A program made the position numbers and the translations under genes. The notes under the pieces are model-generated. The model did not search any database and had not been told where the DNA came from. It saw only the letters and a program-made list of their open reading frames with translations. From Azolla caroliniana (taxonomy: Eukaryota > Plantae > Polypodiophyta), in assembly GCA_043228905.1 (NCBI GenBank), contig JBHGNT010000020.1, positions 9,858,001-9,922,000 of the forward strand: a stretch of 64,000 bases of DNA, read 5' to 3'. Positions 59,737 to 64,000 of the stretch are shown in pieces. Position 1 is the stretch's first letter, and every line of letters begins with the position of its first letter.

Positions 59737-62700
59737 TCACGTACGCCGCCTCGAAGAAGTCCACGCCGACTTCTTCGTCCTCCGAAACCATGCCGCCCTC
59801 ATCATCAAACCTCGCCCTCGAAAGCATGTCGGCCATGGCGTTGTCCTTTCCGGAAATGTGTCGTATTTCCGGGTCCAAGGACTTGATGTACGCTATCCAC
59901 CGGAGCATCGCCAGGTCCGGTGTCGCGCATCCGGAGACCATGCCGAGAATCGGCAAGCAATCCGTCTCGATAACCACTTCTGCCCGATCAAGTAGTCTTT
60001 GTCGGCCTTTACTGCCGAAACGATACTCCAGAGTTCGCGTTTAACCTGGGCGTACCCTTGCTGTCGTTCACTGAGGACCTTCGCGCCGAATCGGATCGGG
60101 AAACGAATGTCGTCCTTGTCTTCTTGGTTGACGACCCATCCGATCCCGGTCGGGCTCGTATCCACCGTTATGTATACTGGGGTACCTTTCTCGTAGACAC
60201 CCTTCCGGAGCGCCGGTGCTGCCGCAACAGCTTCCTTCAGCTTCCGGACCGACTCCGTGTGCTCGTCTCGCCACTCGAATTTTCGCCCTTTCTTCAGCAA
60301 CCCGTATAGCGGCTCCGCAATGTGGGCGTAATGCGGGACCCATATGTGGTAGAATGCGCATGCCCCCAGGAACCTCCAAACTTCCGTAGTCGAGCTACAA
60401 TCGGTCTTCATCGCGGAGATGGCTTCTACCTTTGCCGGAGACGGCTTCCGGCCATAGGGTCCACATAGGTGCCCGACCACCAGGATTTCCGATTGCCCGA
60501 AGGCCGATTTCTCCCCGGAGAAGGTGAGCCTCGCATCCTCTAGCCTTTGTAGCACCTTCTCGCAGTCGTCGATGTGTGTCGCCACGAATCGCCGGCATCC
60601 GTCCGGCCCGACTGTCTCGTCCTTCTCCTCCACCGGGCACCCCTTGATCAGGATGTCGTCTAGAAACAGCATGGTGATGTCTGGGATGCAATCCCTTAGC
60701 ACCTTGTTCATTGCATTCACCATGTGGGCTACCGAGTTCGTCCCTCCTTGTGGCAGGGTACACATTCGCACTAGGCCGAGGGGAGTTCGCATCATCGTAA
60801 TGTCTCTGCTCTCCACAGCTAGCTAGAACTGGTCGTACCCCGAGTACAGATCACCGACCGAGTAAATCGACCTCCCGGCGAAGGCCTCCGCGAACTCGTC
60901 TATGGTCGGTCCGATTCCTGCGTTCCGAATGGTCACTCTGTTGACCGGCTGCAGGTCCTGAATGAAGCGCAATGTTCCGTTTTTCTTTGGTACGGTAAAC
61001 CATCGGTTCGAGTATGGCGCGCTCGACGGTTCGAGAATACCCATATCGACTTTCTGCCTCAGTAGCTCCATCAACTCCGGGATGTGAGCTCTTGGTACCG
61101 GAATCGGCTTGAGATTCCACGGCACATGCGGTACCGTGAATATCACCATCGGCTCCACAATTGTCGGGTCTACGCACCCGATCTCTTCCGGCGAGAACGC
61201 GAAGGCTTTCCCGTGCCTTCCGAGCATTCTCCGAAACCGGTCTTCCTCCGCTGGCAGTAGGAACCCGCCCCCACCGATCTTGAGCTCCCGGAGCGTCCCG
61301 TCGGTGAAGGTGTGTCCTATGCAGGCCGGATCTCGTAAACTGGGGTCCGACGCCACCCCTCTGATTCGGGACTCGCTGCCCTTCGGCAAGGGTGCCGCGA
61401 CTGGCCTTACCTTCCGGTCCACAGTCTTGTACTTCGTGCTAACTCGGGCCGTCCGATCCGACTCGAGCCCCCGACTGAAGTTCGCGATGACTTTGTACAT
61501 CTCTTCGGAACATACCGGTATCGTCCGGTCTTCGTTAAGGTCTTCTCCGGCTACCTTCCTCAGCATCCCCAAGGTGTCGTCGAAGGAGACCGCCTCCACA
61601 GCCCCGCTGATTTCCTCGTCCGGGCCGAGAACTCCGCACGTTCGAAGTCGCTCCTCCGCCCTTGCCCTCTCTCAGCCAACGATGCCGACTATCATACATC
61701 CTCCGTTGCCGGAGAAGCAGAATTTTCTACTTATCGTACAAGGTTTCTTCGGTTTCAGTTCTATCGTACAACTGTGGGGTCTTTCCCGAGTGTCCGGACT
61801 GTCTCGGCCCCACGCCTTGGCAGCCCTCTCTAAAAATCCTCCCGGTTCTCGCCACCGAGGGATTCGCGGTTCTGCTCGTGGTTCGGTCTCACGGTCAGAA
61901 ATTGGACTGAACGGCGCCCGTCCTGGCTTTTGACCCTCGCGTAGGCCGACCCGTTGTCCAGCACTTTGGTTTCCATCCACGCCGCTGTGATGTATGGTTC
62001 ACCTAATATGACCGGGTGCGAGGACGTCTCCTGTACGAAGAAGTGTTGGTCAATCTCGACGTCGCCGATCTTGACTCGTACGTTCGAGCAGGCCCCATGC
62101 AGTTCCTCGGTGGCGCGCGTCGCCGCCCGTATCTTCCACCTGTGCTTGGTGTTGATCGGCCACTTCCCCTTCTTATAGAAGTCCATGGACATCAGGTTTA
62201 TTTCCGAACCGTGGTCCACCAATGCCACCACCGGTTCCTGAACATCTCTGATCTTTACCGGGGTCTCCGTGGTCGCTCGGGCCCAGTGTGGCCTTGAATA
62301 GTGGCTCTCCGCCCACTCATCTGCCAGCGCCGAGTCGTCGATGTGCGTCGTCCGCACCTCTACCGGTCTTTCCGGTTCCGTCTCCGTCGACAGCCTCTTC
62401 CGTTTCACCAAGTCTACAATGGAGTCGTGGAACTCCTTCTTGGCGATCCCTAGCACCTCCCGCAATGACAGCTCCACTTTGCTGTCGAGGATCCGTTCTT
62501 CTAGGACCTTTTGTAGGTCCGTAGTCCTTTCTATTTCCGTCCCCAATTGGTATCCGCCCTTCCTGGGGTTATCTTGCGAGCTGGACCCGCCGGCATCGTT
62601 CCGTCGTTGCCCGAATCGGGTCTCGTACCGTTGTGAGGGCCCGACCGCTCCGGCTTTCCCCACTCGTTTGTCTTCTACCAGAGCCTCGTAGTTCCGGTAG

Positions 62701-64000
62701 GCGGCTTCTACGAAGCCCGTCTTCTCCTCGACCGGATCGCTCCACCCGGTTATTTCCCGGACCCGTCTCTCAGCGTGGTCTGTTTCATCTTTCCTTAGCC
62801 GTGCGCCGGCAAGACCTCCCAGCATTGCCGACTAGAATCCGTCTTTGCCCTCTGTTCGGGCCTCGCTGCCCCCGACCCGAATTCTGGCCGATGCCGAGTA
62901 GTGGATGGCCTCTACGTGTCGGGCCGCTGCCTCTTCCATTAGTCTCTTCATACCTCCTCGCCCGTCGTTTCGGTTCAGGGCCCTCCTGGTGTCGCCGACG
63001 TGCACCCGGCCTTCCCACAGGTACACCACCCGGTTCCTCAACGCCTCTGCGAAATCGCCACAGTCCTTCCGAATGTGGCCGACCTCATCGCACCACATGC
63101 ACCTGTTCCCCGCTGCCGTCCGTCGGTCACGAGCCGGTTCGCTGCCTTCCCTTCGAGTCTGGGCGATCTGGAGATCCTTTATCGCTCGCGTCAACTCCTC
63201 CAGCGCTGCTCCTCCGGACGAGCCATTGACCATGCCGGTCGAAGCCGGACCGGTTTCGAGCCATTCCCGGGTCTCTTCCCTTCGCACTTGCGGTGCCGGT
63301 TCAAGCCTCCTTGCTGTGACAGAGCCTGCACCGGCCGCCCCGTTGTCAGCCCATTCTCGTCATTTATCGAAACGGCCACAGACTCTCTTAACCGCAGCCC
63401 AGTCGGTTGTCAACCCGTCCTCGGTTTCCAGCAAGGAGCCGACTTGGTCCCGGTCCCGCTCGTCCACCGACTTGACGAACAGTAGGACCCGGCTCGTATC
63501 CAGAACGGTTCGGTCAAGCGCCGAAAGGCGCGCAAAGCGTTCTTCGAACTCCCGGAGGAGTGCCGTCACGTTTCTTCCCTTGCCGGGGAACTCCACCCAT
63601 TCCATGAAGTCCCGTTTCGAAAGCCAGAGCACGTCGTCCAGCCCGTATTTTTCTAGGAGTCGGCCTTCGAACTCCTCCCAGGTACGGCTCTCCGCCCGCA
63701 CCTCGAGCACCTCCGCATGGATGCTCGGCATCGCCACTCGAGGAAACCCGGCAAGACGCCTCTCTTCCGGAATGTCCCGCATCAGCATTTCTACCCCGTA
63801 GGACGCCAAATACTTCGTGGCATCCTTTTCGCTGAACCGGCCAATCGTACCGACGACCGCCTCAATGGCTCTGTCGAGGGCGCCGGTGCCCTCGCATGCA
63901 CTCAATATCCGATCCACGGCCGAAGCCATGGCCTCTGCAAGGTCCGACCCCTTCATCTTCTGCTCTTCTGCCGCCTCCTTCACGTCGGGTTCACCAAGAT
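59737..64000 (-). mobile_element. Ty3/gypsy element H: tRNA-Trp PBS 63979-63996, gag-protease ORF1 (63983-61830), RT-RNase H ORF2; integrase and 3' LTR missing, 5' LTR beyond the window
   Basis: Zinc knuckle CMWCDEVGHIRKDC, protease LVDHGSEIN, RT SSAPYSNRWF / QGGTNS / FLDD, RNase H VDTSPTGIG; a few point stops. Confidence 0.93.
61786..61839 (-). promoter_or_regulatory. Candidate -1 programmed ribosomal frameshift signal (G GAU UUU plus H-type pseudoknot)
   Basis: Heptamer at 61839-61833 directly before the ORF1 UAG; 6-nt spacer; stem 1 GGGCUG/CAGUCC; stem 2 CCGAG/CUCGG; ORF2 lies in the -1 frame. Confidence 0.7.

Noticed and set aside
54000-63900. Many overlapping 60-300 aa ORFs on alternative frames
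   Set aside because: Expected in GC-rich retroelement DNA; no independent motifs.
63979-63996. tRNA-Trp gene fragment
   Set aside because: Only the 3' 18 nt including CCA are present, at the position expected for a primer-binding site.

Overview
Eukaryotic, TE-dense plant DNA. The PPR-E C-terminus and the retroelement families suggest a non-seed plant such as a fern; this is inference. Two host genes lie head-to-head. (1) A six-exon minus-strand gene, missed by the ORF track, encodes a 203-aa secreted, probably GPI-anchored protein with two EGF-like modules. Its third intron (3945-31940, ~28 kb) is filled with retroelements, including an intact and very young Ty1/copia element. (2) A plus-strand PLS-class PPR gene with an E extension and no DYW domain. 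When spliced, its N-terminus carries a complete OSB-type PDF ssDNA-binding motif, followed by a 14-aa repeat linker, with no obvious transit peptide; it is flanked by two related AACCG-rich repeats. The rest of the window (41.5-64 kb) is a nest of copia and gypsy elements about five layers deep. It includes two tRNA-Trp-primed gypsy elements: one with a candidate -1 frameshift pseudoknot placed after the protease, and one with a Gag fused to a repetitive tail. Several repair scars are visible (templated inverted filler, microhomology-bounded duplication). All coordinates and counts were read by eye; no database searches were run.
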